This document shows, in pieces, positions 40,328 through 54,500 of a stretch of DNA of 64,000 nt. Each line of letters opens with the position of its first letter. Within the stretch, counting starts at the first letter, position 1. Under the pieces are notes generated by a model. The model was not told where the DNA came from. It did not search any database and was given only the letters and a program-made list of their open reading frames with translations. Source of the stretch: Tubiluchus corallicola (Eukaryota > Animalia > Priapulida); NCBI GenBank assembly GCA_030141605.1, contig JAQGDQ010002382.1, positions 186,001 through 250,000 of the forward strand, in the 5' to 3' direction. The position numbers and the translations under genes are program-made.

Positions 40328-41397
40328 TGATTTTAGCAATTTAAAGTAAAAGTTTTAATACCGTTGTATTGCTTTTAAAGTTCTATAAATGTTTTTAAGT
40401 GTCTGTAATAAAAATTAACTTCGTTATTTTGTAGATTTACTTGCCTTCCTCGTCACAGTAGGGAATATGTGTTTTTTTACTGTTACATAAGAGGAAGTGA
40501 TTAAGAAAAGGCATAGGTTCGAGAAGTGATCTTTTCCCTAACTAACACTGTTTAAATGTAACAAAGAATGTATGCCTAGCGATTATATAAAGCATTACTT
40601 GTAACACAAATTGCAAATAAAAATGTAAATTACTTTTGTGTAGGCTAAACGTCTTTTAGAAATGTGTACATAAAACTAATTCCTAAGCTTCACGTCGCAA
40701 AAAGGATGGCTAAAATTTTACTATGAATATATTCATCAACTCAGCAAGCCAAACAAAGGTGTAAGCTATATAATGTTCTACAGATTCGCTCGCTATTTGC
40801 CTTACGATATATCCTTTGCATAGGGAAGAGTACGCTTACAACAGAATTATGTGTTAGAAATTAGAATGTTAATATATATTTATTTTACAGTGCAACTTAT
40901 TATAATGGATACTCCCACGAATCACGGTGAGCAACGTCAACGATGCCCAGACTTTCAAATACGAGTTCTGTCCAATTCAAATCATGTAATGTTGCTGATT
41001 ACGAGAATTTCGCACATTATCGCCTTGCATCATCCAAAATAGTCGAAACCCTAACATTCCACGCCAATGAGTCACGCGAAACTTGATTTACTGCACTGTC
41101 TGCTACCTTTTCTTTTACCCCTGTAAATTGATTTATTACTGGCGCCCATACAGAACCCGTTATCAGTTCAAAATTTGTGTCAGACTTCCACTGTCATCTA
41201 CCCAGTGGACAATAAGAAGCCTGTAGCTATTTGCATTATAATGGTGAGCTGGCATCATTGCGTACGGTCACATGCAAATCTTGTTCCAGGAATTTCTGGT
41301 CGAAAGACTTGACCCGAATACTCATCTGGATGTTATTTTTGTTGTCCTTGTTGGAATTGGATAAGAGGCTGTGTAACCAACATTTACAATAGTAATT

Positions 41398-42031
41398 ATA
41401 ATAACAATAATTTCGTTTAGGACATAAGCCAGGTAATCCACCGTAGGTAATTCAATACTTATTTCCGTGGTGGTTCCAGTTATTACCCGCATGCGGAGCT
41501 GGATTATGGCTTTTTGGGGCCCCTACGTTAATGAAATTATGGGGCACCCTCAGACGAAGCCACCCCTACCTCGCCGCATCCGTCTTGAATATTTTTTTAC
41601 TTGTGATATAGTTTAGCGACATTTAAGTAGGTTGAAATAAACTTATTGCAAATTCTTTAAATAAACCAGAATAGCATGTCTTTTGTTTGTCAATAAAAAT
41701 ATTCTTTAAAAGAAATATCCCTATTTTAGTATTTATTGCCAACCAAATTAGCATATATTCCAACATAACCGTAGTGAAAAACACAAATGTCAACCAAAGT
41801 TTGAAAGCTCCCCCCCCCCCAAGCATGAGCAGTTCTAGGCTGCAACCTACGCTGGCCTGTTGGATAATCCAGTCCTGCCCGCATGTTACTTCGATAATCA
41901 TAAACACGTACGCTTATCAAAGAAGAACCATCGGTACCATTTTTAAATCTTTGGAATTTTTAAATCTGGACAGTTGGCCCGCAATCTCCACGGTAGTAAG
42001 CGAGCACGTTACCACTGAGCTATTCCCACAC
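41398..42031 (-). mobile_element. older copy of the same tRNA-SINE, split by a hAT MITE
   Basis: Shares ATAATTTCGTTTAGGACATA, GAAGAACCA.CGGTACCATTTT and AAGCGAGCACG.TACCA.TGAGCTA with 43997-44236. Confidence 0.75.
41494..41877. mobile_element. hAT-type MITE inserted in a tRNA-SINE
   Basis: TIR CGGAGCTGGATTAT / ATAATCCAGTCCTG; 8-bp TSD CCCGCATG (41486-41493, 41878-41885). Confidence 0.85.
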
Positions 42032-43147
42032 CCAATAACTATAGACAAGTCAATAATGTTCCATCTAGCAGCAGTGTAACTGCACAGCTAAATAACACAA
42101 GGAGGACGTTTTCAACAGAACGACTGAACTACACCAAACAACAGGGGCAACTTTTGTAGATGGTGTGGTGCTGGTAGGAAGAGAACCTTTCATGAATGAT
42201 AATCCTCTGCGATTTCAAATTAGGCACTCATATTGCGAACTAGCAACAGTTAACGTGGCAGTAGTAAGGCATTAAAGTTATTATGAAGTTCCAAGTAGGG
42301 TATGGAAGTTATTATAATTTTTGGTTTCGATGCTTAATAAATTACTTAATAAAAAGCTGATTCGACTCCAATGTTTACATTGGAACTGGAAGTGGTGCTG
42401 AATTGTGAATGTGTGTGTAACGTATTTTGTTAATCATGTTTACTATTGACAAGCTATCAGCATAGTAGTGTTAGTTTTTTGCTGGATTCACTGCTATGTT
42501 TACCTGTATTGAGAGCAGATTTCTTTTATTTTAGAATTCTCCCTGTCCACTACAACATGTGGTTGTTTCTTCTCCTCTTTTCCTTCTTCCTATCCCTAAT
42601 CTTACTATTTTTTTCCATTCCATCATTTCTTCTTGCCCCAACCATTCTTTCATTCTCTCATTTCCTGTCACCTCAACAAGCCAAGCTTTCAAGGTGTCAT
42701 ACAGCAACTCTTTTATTTGGTTAATTTGACTTCATCAACGTTTTTTAACCTATACTGTTTCTTTTTTTTCAATAATTTTGTACGTTGATGTATTGTATAT
42801 GTATTGCTGGAGTGAAATAAATTGATTTTGATTTTTGAACATAGTCGTAATGGGAATAAACTATAATGATACGATGATGAATGTTTACAGGTTCTAAACT
42901 GTACTTTGCTCATCGGCTTTACTAGAAAACCTGTATACAGAGTTTGTATTGTTTTTGTATATTTTTGTAACTACAACACTTAGTGAAAACACATCGTGAA
43001 ATCAGACGCGCCATACATTCTTGCTTTCAATGCCAGCTGGAGCCTGGGTCAGTTGCTTAGCGATAAATAACCTAAATTTGTTAATGTAAGTCACTACGGT
43101 TGCTAGATGGAGACTTACTTTTTGCATCAGACTGAATAACAATAAAA

Positions 43148-43148
43148 A

Positions 43149-43211
<63 letters not shown>

Positions 43212-43290
43212 CAGCAGTAGCAGTAGCAGTAGCAGTAGCAGTAGCAGCATCAGCAGCAGCAGCAGCAGCAGTAGTAATAATAATAATAAC
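43148..43290. repeat. (AGT)n(AGC)n(AAT)n microsatellite
   Basis: Direct reading. Confidence 0.95.
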
Positions 43291-43996
43291 TTGTAATTCA
43301 TAATGGATCTATTTCAGATATTTTAGTATAATACAAGTACTGTCATAATATTCATTCACAGACCAGTTAGCTCAAGGGAAAAGAATTTTCACCTCAAAAA
43401 CTGCTATATATATATATATTATTTATATATCATCTATATATACATTTATTTGCATATTATAATGCCATACATTGACAAGTTAGTATGATGGTAGCAATGT
43501 AAATTACTAAAGTAATTAATTAATTGAACAAAAGTGTTAGATACATAGTTTCAATTTCATCGTACGTAAATTCGGGTATTAATATTTCGTTGTTCAACGT
43601 TCAATAAAATTCACGTGCTACTACTAATCCGATCATTGCAACCATAATTATTGTCATAATAACGTAGAAAAATTTTATTCTTTCCCAACGTTGTTAAGCT
43701 ATTCTGAGTATTTAAGACTGACAATGCACGCAAGAGTTCATTTTTAGAGTTATCAATTGATTTCGATAGATTCAGAGCACGTTTAACAATTATCTTTGTA
43801 AGAGGATACGTGTCTGCAAAGCATGTTGTCATACTACAATGAGAATTCCTTGGAAAAACACGGCGTAAAATTTTTCTATATTCCATTGCTAATGGATCGT
43901 TATTGTCTGTTAACTCAAATATTGAGCTACCATAGAAAAATGTATAGCAAAAAATATGAAGATAACAATTTCATTAAAGCAGATTTATTAGTTATT

Positions 43997-44236
43997 AGTA
44001 ATAATAATAATTTCGTTTAGGACATAGTCCAGGGATATCACCTTAAGTAACTCAATACTTTTCAAGATGGTCCCGATTACCCGTTCAAGGTGGTCCACGT
44101 ACTACGATAAGTACGTGTGCTTGGTTGAAGAACCAGCGGTACCATTTTCAAGTATTTGGTATGACTCGGTCGGGAGTTGAACCCGTGACCTCCGGAGTGA
44201 GAAGCGAGCACGCTACCATTGAGCTACACCACCCGG
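43997..44236 (-). mobile_element. tRNA-derived SINE with Meta-core-like segment and (TTA)n tail
   Basis: Head GGTGGTGTAGCTCAATGGTAG (box A) ... GGTTCAACTCC (box B), then GTCATACCAAATACTTGAAAATGGTACC. Confidence 0.8.
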
Positions 44237-44279
44237 TAAGTAACAGTTAAAAAAGGATGAAAGTGAATTAGCAGCTGTA

Positions 44280-44640
44280 AAGCCACTTTTGAAATATATG
44301 ACATCCAGTGATTGATTTAAATCATAGGTGACAATACGCCCTAAGTGATTAACACTATCGTGCCATTTTAATACTTTTCCATTAATTTCAATATTAGTTA
44401 CATTAGCATGTTTTCATTTTCTGAATAGAATCATTTTCGGTGGCAAACTCCCTGCATCTTTTAATCATCTTTTTTGAAGCATTTACAGACGGAGCAAGGA
44501 GAGTTACGTCGTCCGCGTAACCAGTCGCCCCGACAAATTGGTTTAGCAAGTAACATTCTAATCTGCTTTTTTAGCTTATGTAGTAGATCATTAATATATA
44601 CCGTGAACAAAATCAAAGAAAGCATGCTGCCTTGTCTTAT
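44280..44640 (-). pseudogene. non-LTR reverse transcriptase fragment (RTEX-like, tentative)
   Basis: RQGSMLSLILFTVYINDLL /frameshift/ CYLLNQFVGATGYADDVTLLAPS; YADD at 44519-44508. Confidence 0.8.
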
Positions 44641-46084
44641 TCAGTGAGTCGGCAGTATCACAGGTCACGTGACGCAAGTAAGCAATAGCTACCCTGCATC
44701 TTTATTCGAATAGCTCACAGCGCAAAAAAAGCTTCGTGCCAATCTAAAGGCGAACTATTCTGCGTTTCAGCGTTGCACGGCAATTAAAATCTCCACCGAA
44801 CTTTCGTGTTGAACTGCAAACGTGAGCATTACATACAAATAAGATCTTGGAAATGTGGTATAACTTTTCCACCTAGACATTTCATACTCAACATGCAGCT
44901 GGTCTTTTCTTGTCCTTTAAATGATCGGTTGTGTCCGAGTTTCACCACTTTTTGAGGATGCGGTAACTGTAATGTTATTTCAACATTTTTAACGTGCAGT
45001 TAACTTAGGAATTAATTACAGCCTATAAACTGTTAGCTCAGCTCTTTAAAAAACGAGCCCACTTCCTAAATTCCCATTTCCAGAATGGCTTAATAAAATT
45101 ACAGGTCAATCGGGTAAACGATAATAATTTTGCACTTTTTTGAAAGCGACTTGCTGCTCCTGTTCTAATAGCATAAACACTGCAGCAAATAACAAAAAGT
45201 CATATTATGAATGTACATATTATTGCGCTTTTTACTCATAATTGTGGAGCAGCTTTCATCGATTCAATGGCATGCAGCATCGTTATTAATATATCCCTGG
45301 AACAGGATATGATCACATATTATGAGTCTTCTCTTCCTGGAGGTAACTTAAATTAATGACTTGCGTAACAGTAGTATAGATAGACATTTCGCACCACAGA
45401 AAAATCGTATAATACTGCGCGCTACAGTCAAGCACGCAATTCTGCATAATTTTACATAATTCCAGACACATTTTAGATAAATTCCCACAAAGTTAGTCAC
45501 ATGTATCATGATGTATGTCGTTTGGTAAAACTAAAAACACTTACCGTAAAAAAATTATAACATTTCCGCCAAGAATTTTTCCCATCCACCATTAGACAGC
45601 AATGCCAGCTTACAGCTATGAAGGTAGGGTTACCAAATTAACGTATTTTCAACAAGCATGAAGTTCTAGCAATCTTTGACAAAACGTCGCCCTGCGGTCA
45701 CTTTTAATCAACTGGACCTTATGTCGTATTGTTGTTTTGTTAACTCGCCAGTGAGCATTTCGTCGTCTGCTGATTGCACCTGTTGCGCTCAGGTGAAGAT
45801 GCTTAGCTTCCGGCTTCAGCGAATGAATGTTGAAACCTCCTCTGGCTGAATCAACGAAGCTGTAATCAGATACAGCGCCACACTGTGGCAAATACTCTAA
45901 ACATTGTACATGCAGAACCAAGCCGTCTGTGTACACTTCACATTTTCATAGCAAATTTCCTTCAATAAAATAATGCAAATGTTATGTGAAATTTAATATG
46001 AAAAGTTTGTATGTTTGTGAATGTCCTTATTGGATATTACATTCTCTGATATATTCCGTATAATTAAATAATCGTTTTATACTT

Positions 46085-46228
46085 TTTTGTTTGCATTTAG
46101 ACACATTTGTCGTGAAACAGTGTTATTATTTTAACATTATGACTATAATGTTGAGGCTTACTCAGTTTTATTGTAAAAACAATGAATCATTTTAATGAGA
46201 AATAAAATACTACTACTACTAATAATAA
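46085..46228 (+). mobile_element. short 3'UTR fragment of the same LINE family
   Basis: CATTTGTC.TGAAACAGTGTT.TTATTTTAACATT...TTACTCA.TTTTATT...CATTTTAATGA.AAATAAA matches 12265-12360. Confidence 0.7.
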
Positions 46229-46367
46229 ATGCCTAGGCGTTCAATGAGGGTGCCAATAGGAAGGAAAAAATTTACTATTTGTATAAAAGAGGACGTCTTA
46301 TGATCAATTCTAATGTGCAATTCAGAGCCAATGCTAATGTATCAGGTTTTTAATTTACAGGCCAATG

Positions 46368-46983
46368 TTAAAGGAAAACAGGATAATTCTTCATATATTG
46401 CTCCATTTTCAGGTCAGATAAAAAGTATGCATTTTAACAGAGTTAATACTGCGAAAATTGTTTCTGATAACCAAGTAATAGATTTTAAACTTAATTAACG
46501 GCAGACGAGCACAACTATTCATGACATCACAAACTAAAATAATTTTCAACAACAAAATCTTTCCATGAGTACGTTGCACAGTTTGTTAAAGCGAAAATTG
46601 AAGTACAGTGCTACTGTAAGATTTCAGTGTGCTGTACTAAAATTAGGCAAGCTCTAAGATAAAAATTCACATTTCAAATTCACCTCTGTGCTCACACATA
46701 AGCTGTCTAACGTGTGTAGTTTGTCACAAACTAACACATGTAAACTGATAGGTACAGCACCTGTTTTTGTACAATGTATTTCCGAAATACAGACGCTACT
46801 GCCCATCCAACTACGAATGGCAAACAGCAAGGAACTAGTGACGCGAAAGCGAAATTGTGTTTGTGTGGTGGTAATAATTGTTTCACGTAAGTCACTTTTG
46901 AAAAAAAGTATGTTTCCTTTGAATATTTTAAAGAGTAGTTTGTTTTGACCTACAGTTTAAGATTGGGTCCAGTTTTGCTTTAA
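46368..46983 (+). mobile_element. Kolobok-like MITE family A, complete copy
   Basis: TTAA|AGGAAAACAGGA ... TCCAGTTTTGCT|TTAA; close match to 4920-5504. Confidence 0.82.
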
Positions 46984-47005
46984 GAATTTAGTGCTCAGAC
47001 ATAGC

Positions 47006-47011
47006 TTTATT
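47006..47011 (-). promoter_or_regulatory. candidate MTA polyadenylation signal (AATAAA)
   Basis: First minus-strand AATAAA I noticed downstream of the stop (~1.4 kb); no transcript evidence. Confidence 0.25.
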
Positions 47012-48385
47012 TCTCACACTTTTATGTATTATGTACCAGTTTGAAACTTCAACATTTTTCCAAAAATGCAAAAAGTGACAAATTTAGACAATATACAAGT
47101 ACAGATTTAATTTATATATTATTTAATTGGTATGTCGGACACATGAAAATCAACATGTTTTTTCAAAATATTCAGCATTAGTCTTTTTGAGTTTGCCTTC
47201 AACTCATATTATTGTCATTTGTCTCTTACTAAAAAATCAGTTACGTTCACTTAAGAACTCAAATTAATTAGAAGCTTCTGAATAAACTACACGGGTTTCC
47301 TCTTTACGAAACATTAGAAAAACCACAAAAGCTTATGATGTTTTCTGGGACCATGATGACGTGGCTTGATTCTGATTATGTAAGTAATCTGATTATGCTA
47401 TGACGTATAATATAATATGGCTTGATGTATATAATTCTGATTATGCTATGACATGTATAATATAATAAAGACAGATTTTACTATTGCGAGTCAGCAGAGA
47501 GATAGCTTGTAAAAGCATCAGTAGAAAGAAATGGAAAGCAAAATACGTTCAAATAAATACAATCAAATTGAAAATATTCGTCATTTCTGACAACCAAAAA
47601 TACGTGTATTATTGTGCTGACATGATAATAAAGATGACTGAGACATCAAATACACCTTGCAAGACTGAAGACAATTTCAGACAATATTACATACGCAATA
47701 GATTACATAGGTCCCCATATTGATTTGATTACTGAGTGTAATCCGTAATAGGATACCCTGAACCTAGACCTGTGTGTGCATTTTCAATGAAATCAAATAA
47801 CATGTATCCCCTAAAATACAACCACAAACATAAATGCAGGCCATATGAGTGCTTGATAAAGACACATAGAAAACATATGTGCAACAGTAATACAAAAACT
47901 GTGCTTAAATCAAGTCATCTAAACCAAAAATCATTAGTATTCTTCAAGGTTATATACAGATGTAACCAACATTTCACTAGTGGCACACAGTGTTTTCTAG
48001 GAACTTAATTTCTTAGTACAGATCTGTTTAGAAGTTACGAAAATATCCCTAGTCTATTGCTTCAGACTTAAAAGTAATTTTTTATAATATCAACTTATAC
48101 AGGAACTATTCTTCAAGAAATGGACTATGACCCCCCTATTGTTTGGAAAGCTTCTCGGATCTTATCCTAAATACTGCACATTTCAAGCAATTTGTGAGAC
48201 AAATTGTGGTCATCCCCAATAACAGAACAGGTTTGAATAAGAGCCTGGCATATGACACTCTGTGCCATCACCTTTGCAGAAAATGCTAAAATTAAAATTA
48301 TTTACACAACTATAGCTATATGGAAAAGGGAAGAGTTAAGTGGTGTAGCCACGACTAAGCTTGCATTACAAGTAATGGGTTTAAA

Positions 48386-48506
48386 TTAGTCGAGAATGAC
48401 GACTTGATCCGAGCGTCCAAAACCGGGAGTTTTCACGTTCACTCTTCGCCACGGTTTGCGAGCGATCTTTCTCAGTTCGATTCCAGTCAACTGTTTACGA
48501 ACTTTC
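48386..48506 (-). CDS. MTA1: MTA coding exon 12 (R2 region, C-terminus)
   Basis: tttag| [40 protein letters not shown] then TAA at 48388-48386. Confidence 0.92.
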
Positions 48507-51500
48507 CTAAAAATAAGAAACAGCTCGAGCATAGGATACAAAACGCGATGAATATACATCTACTGCTTTTAAATTTTAATATTTCTATTGTTTATAACAC
48601 AAGTATGTCAACGAAATCTGGTAAAAAAATTCCATGTAACAAACCTAGTATTATCAGTAGCATGGAAGTAGACATCATCGGGAGCCTCAACCCAGTTCAG
48701 TAAGTGTCTTTTTCCTGCGCGGTTCATCGAGATTTTATCCCGTCCGTTGAATCCATGTGCACCCATTCCCATCATAGCCTGCAGTCGCTGGGCACCGTAC
48801 ACGGCACTGGGACGCTGGAGAATTTGCCCAGTCTGAGGACTAGGAGCCAACACAGGACGCTTTGCTGGATGACCTATTAAAACAAAAAAGCAATGACTGT
48901 TATGGGCGATGTGACATTAATTTGCAATATCATGTACCTAATAAGAGGCTTACAGCATCTTTAATATAACTGTCAACACTGGACAATGGTTTGCAGACAA
49001 TCACTAAAATAACTTGGGAAATTAAACTTGTAAATGTAAGAAATGTAAAAATGTAAAGCCGAGAATCGAACATTTTATCGACTGTGTTCAACTGAATATA
49101 ATCCAATTCACAATTCAATCCAACTAACAATTACGTTGAGTGTACGTACTCCCCTTTAAACAAGAAAATTCTGTAACAATGAGCAACAGTCATTTTCCTC
49201 TGTAACCTATTGCATTTTTCATTATGACCGTCACTTGACCCCTGACTAGATCATCATCTAGCATTTCTTTGCTACTTGGTACAATGCAATGAAACGTGTC
49301 ATACAGAAACAAATATATTCAGTTTTCAGCAACATGATGGTCACCTCGTATAAGGTTTCTTTGCCGTCTTTTTCAATTATTGATTAAATACAGCGGATTG
49401 GTTGGCTATTTTTGTCAAACCTCAACTACATCTTCTCATGGTCCTTAAGAAAAACTGATAAGCGATTGCCAATGTATTGACAAGCCAAGAAGGAACATGT
49501 AAGTTTTCGACAAGAGGCTGGTTAATAGTTGTACATTGATTTGCAGTTTTCCATCTGTCTTCAGGTCAGTCTTTTATCCTCTGTCCATTAGTGCTCACTT
49601 AACAGAATCTGATAAATGCTTGACAGAGTTTGGACAAAATCGTTGACATGTTCTAGCGCAAAAGCATCCTAAGGAACATCTCATCGTTCAAGTTTCGGAC
49701 AATTATTGAAAATGTAGGTTTTACTTTGAAGGCAAAAAATTTATAAGTACTTGGGAACATAAAGCATAAAAACAATTTTTAATCGATGATAAATGATCTG
49801 AACGCTAAATGGAATAAAAAATTACAAAATCTTAACACTAAGTTAATTCAATACGAGCTAATCCCAAACACAACCCTTCATTTATCTAATAGTACAGTAT
49901 TAATGGCAGTGAGGGGTGGGGCACTCATTTTAAGCTGAAATCTTTAATAACAATGTAACTGCTGCTTACGATAATAGAAGCCGGGAGCTTAAATACAAAA
50001 TTTTGTAGATTTATTCTATGAGTTAGCAATAAATTTAATACGAGCGCAGTACAGGGCGAACTTGGCAAATAGCCCATTGGTATAAATATAATCTGTAGAA
50101 TATAATCGGTATAAATAATTGGCTACTGGATAAGTCTAATCAATGTGATAAACAAAATGGAGAAAAAGTTTCACTGATATTTTAAGCTTAAATGTCCTGC
50201 CTTTACATCTATGAATAATGATGACAGACACTTGTTTTCGGCAGGAAGTGGCAATCAAAAAACATTACTAGTTGTTTGTAATTTAATACGCAAACGTTTT
50301 CTAAATAGGAAGGATTTACGGAATTTAATATTTATACATTTTATTGTTACCTGATTTTGTTAAAGTGTTACTTGTGTATGTATAGTTGGGTTTATGGCAT
50401 ACATCAGGGTTTGATGTTGTTTTATAATATGTTATGTATCAATTTGTACTTATATTTCTTTTTGGCATTTTGTACGTAATGACCATGCACTCTGATAAAT
50501 ACACTTTCATTCAATAAATTATTTAAAATATTCAGATGATAATTAGTGTGATAATAATTTGAATTTTTTTCTCTCGACTCAGTATTTCTTCCTCCATAGA
50601 ATGGTGTTGGTCCCATGTAAAATTGTGGTTGTGTACGCAAGAGATAGAAAACATGTTTATTTTTAAAAAAACAAAACAATTATTTTATCGTCTGTTTATC
50701 GTACCAACCTTGCCGTTTTAATTTTACTTTAGTCAAAATGATTAATCAGACAATAAACTTACTTAAAGGACAAAAAACTTTACTTACATAAAACTAAAAA
50801 AATCACCTTGAAATTTTGTATCACCTACATGCTGTCTTATTGCGTACAGAGCTTGTATTAGCAGCATCGCTAGATAAAACTTGAAAACTCCCGCGACGAC
50901 CATCAGGTACAGCCATTTTAATGGCAGGTCATTTAAAATAAGTTGAAAAAATAATCAGAGCATTCGTAGCGCACATTTCACTAACTGAACAAAGGTACAA
51001 ATTGCTGAAACTTGTCAAAAAGATTAAAAATAAGTTTTTTTTGGCGAGTTAGAAGTGCAAACTTGAAGGGTGAGCCAATGACATTTTACCAATTGGTGGC
51101 GAGAACACTACAATTTTCTTTCCCACTTACATACATTTTTCAACTAAGCATGATGCAAAGTGCTATAACTTTGTGTGGCAAGTTTTTTGGGATTTAAAAC
51201 TGCTCGTTATTCCACTTTAATTTCAAGCACCAGACTGATCTACTCAATATCACATTCCAAGAAACTAATCTAAGGAAACTTACCATCACCACCTGCATGA
51301 TCAAATGCACGTTTCTTCATGATGGTGGGTGCCAAGTTACCAATACCTGTGCTGCCACCTGTAACCATTTCAGACATTCTCTGCAGTGGATCAGTTACAG
51401 AACGAGCAGGCCTGGCACTTTTACGCTCTGAAATAAATGTAAGAATTGCAATCACCAATGCAATGCAATGCAGCAAACGTTAAATGATGCTCCAAGTCAT

Positions 51501-54500
51501 AGGAAAAATCAAGCTGCACTAAGCATCTTGAACTCCCAGTAAGGTTCTTTTACCTTCTTAGATAAGCTACGTTTTGTCTAGGAATCGAGTGAATTCTACG
51601 AAAAACTGGAAAGCTAAATACAGAAATTTACAGTTTACAATGGCCCAGTCCATGAATGAACTTCGACAAATGTAAAGCTTTTGCTTGCATTTAGTCAAAG
51701 TACTTCCTTAAGACTGACTAAGTCAACCACACAAGCAATCTCATCAGCCAAGACAGCTTTCTAGATGGATAAGCTACGCTCACTATTGAAAACAAAGTTC
51801 TTATTTGATGAAACATAATGATGTGAAATTTCCCCTTACTTGTCTAGTATTCGTGTTTCAAAAATTAGAGGTGGCAACATCCTTCAAATTAATTGACAAG
51901 CTTACGTGATACGCGGTCCTCCCGAGGCATTATCGCAGCGGGCTTGACGGGCGTGTCCCGAGACTCTCTAGTTGCAGTTCCTCCGGTAAGAACGTCTGGT
52001 TTGCCAGTTGATAAATCTATTCCCAAGCGTGCCACAATGTCGTCTGTTCCTGATCGCTTCTTAGCAACCATCTTGCCTATAATTACGTAAACACTGTACA
52101 TGTATTATGGTGCAACTGTGATAGCTTAACAAAATCTACGCAAGCATGTAACATTTCAAAATGGCCAACCAAACCTATAAGACGAATCAATGACTTGAAT
52201 TAAAATACTACATTACGGAGAGAAATAAGGCAATTCAAAGAATCAACTAAAGGGTGGGTTGTGCTAACGCATTATCTATTTTACAGTTGACTTAAACCTG
52301 CCACTCTGTACGACAGAGTGGATGCTCGTACAAACACATTATCTGACTTCTGCTCTCATCAAGGATTTGGATGGTTTCTAGATGAAGCTTACTCATGGAA
52401 TGACCAGAATAGCAAAAACAGTTGCAGGTATAGTCTGGTTCTGAGGGTGCCCTCATCACTGAGTTCACGTCGGTGTAACTTAAGCCAGCCACAAAAAAAT
52501 TGTTTCTGTCTTACCTCATCAACTCAAAAGATGGCAGCAGGAAGGGAAGAAAATTTTTTTTTAAAGCTTTGTGAATGTGAATCGTGGAATATCAATTTCA
52601 TTTGAAATTGAAGTTTGTTTACTTTCCACTGGTTAGTAGTAATGCTTTAAATTTTTTCAATGCACATTTATCACGCTTTGATTTTTAGCTTTTTGTTTCA
52701 CATTACTAAACTGTCGTACAGTATCAATTATCATGTAGTCTCTTTTTTGTATAGTACAAATATATGATCTGATAATCACGCCTAAGCGGCAGTACTACTC
52801 GGGCGTTAATAGCCATTAATATGCTGATTAGGCAGAAAAAATTATACGTTCTAGCCTCCAATACAGTAATCAGCATCATACAAAATGGCAACCCTGGAGA
52901 GTTTGGCAACCCAAAAAACATGGATGCATCCTCGCTGAAATAATAATTATTGCATTTTACATTTGAAATTAAAAAGAATGAGTCGGTGAGACTTAATAGG
53001 GAAAAGCTGGGAAGAAGAAGATTTGAAATTTAAAAAAATACTATTTTACATGAGTGTGTCAGTATATGAACATACAAAAACAATTATAAAATTACCCGGG
53101 TGATTAGATGGAAACAGAAGTATTTTTACTGTCGGCCTTAGGCATGAGAATCATAATTATTAATCCCCTCCTACATGCTTTGCCCACCCTATTGTCACAA
53201 AGTTTGTTAGGCCAACATTAACATGTTGTTTTTTAGTTTTTTTATCTGCACCTGCGAGCGTTCAATGTAATAGTAGTATACTAGTACTTATAACTGTAGA
53301 ACAGTAGCAGTGGGAAAGGCAGCAGCAACAATTACTGAGTTCATTGCCTTTTAAATGTCTACTTAAAACAATGTGGGAATCAAGAAATGGCTTCACTCTA
53401 CCAATCTATAATTTATAAACTAATAGAAATGGCTTCACTCTACCAATCTATAATTTATAAACTAATAGACTATTTACTCAGCAAAATGAAATATTTGTTA
53501 TGGCTTTCATAACCTTACTTTGAATAAAATGGATGTATCCATATAATCTGCTTAAAATGTATATGAAGTATGACTATCACACATTTTAATTAAACTGTAA
53601 TTATGTTAACCAACCTAAAGGTTTGTCTTTATCAGCAGCAATCCTAGCTTGGCATTCTGCTTTAATCGCTGCTGCATTGATTGGTTCAAAAGGTTTTCGC
53701 CCGGCGTGTCGAACTCGCAACATGTCACCACACACTCTCCGAGCAAGACGAGTCAGAGGTGTAGTGTGCAGGCAGAATGCTGCCCGAGTCTTTACAATGG
53801 GACGAGGACTCCCGGAGCGCATCGCGAAGCCATGCATAGCTGCACAGTGACGAACCAGCTGCGTGCGCATCTTAAACTCCTTTCCACAACCTGCAAATGA
53901 ACAAATTTGAACGTGCAATCATAAACCAGGACTATGAAACAGCCAAAAGACTAAACATGAAAATGATTTCTTTGTTGATTCAAGAAGCCAGAAAATCAAT
54001 AATGTTTTGATGCAAAATAAAAATGTTTCTTTCACAAAAAGTGCGAATGAGAAAAAAAATGAGAAAAACTGTGTTCTTTGTATTTATTTCCAGTCCTTTA
54101 AAACACTAGTTTTCATGAACTTTTTCAAGTATTTCCTAGCAAAAATTTGCTCACATATGCAAAAATACCTCCATAACTGTAGTTCATTCAGCCTATCAGC
54201 ACATGTGAAAATAAAGAGAAAACCATTAATAATTATGCTGGAAATTTTGATAGAAGTGAGAGTTCAGTGGACAGGGTTCCTACAGAATTTTAAAATAAAT
54301 TTCCATGACCTCCGAAACTTTTACCTGACCAAATATAGATTTTCCATGACGAAGATAAGCAGAAACTGTATTACCAGTAAACGTAATTAAACATTTTTAT
54401 GTGTGGACATTCATACATATACTGATATATAATGTGTCTGCACAATTGCAGTAGTGCTAACGAAATGACACTAATTACATTAAATAAACTTTCTTAATCC

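Noticed and set aside
44165-44236. Functional tRNA gene
   Set aside because: Boxes A and B are present, but it continues into a SINE core and (TTA)n tail and has a second decayed copy.
45100-45936. Tc1/mariner transposase relic (HKVQLIKSDRRATFCQRLLE)
   Set aside because: Only a vague motif resemblance; no clear DDE/D motifs or TIRs by eye.
50824-50935. Alternative MTA exon (open frame ending GTAG|GTGATA)
   Set aside because: No suitable acceptor; the sequence is part of interspersed repeat family B.
52292-52605. ORFs or snoRNA in MTA intron 8
   Set aside because: No homology, no fitting splice phases needed for the MTA frame, and no convincing C/D or H/ACA box arrangement.
53623-53900. Plus-strand ORFs overlapping MTA exons (also 51893-52090, 56752-56934, 62572-62949, 48404-48703)
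   Set aside because: Antisense shadows of real coding exons with no independent support.
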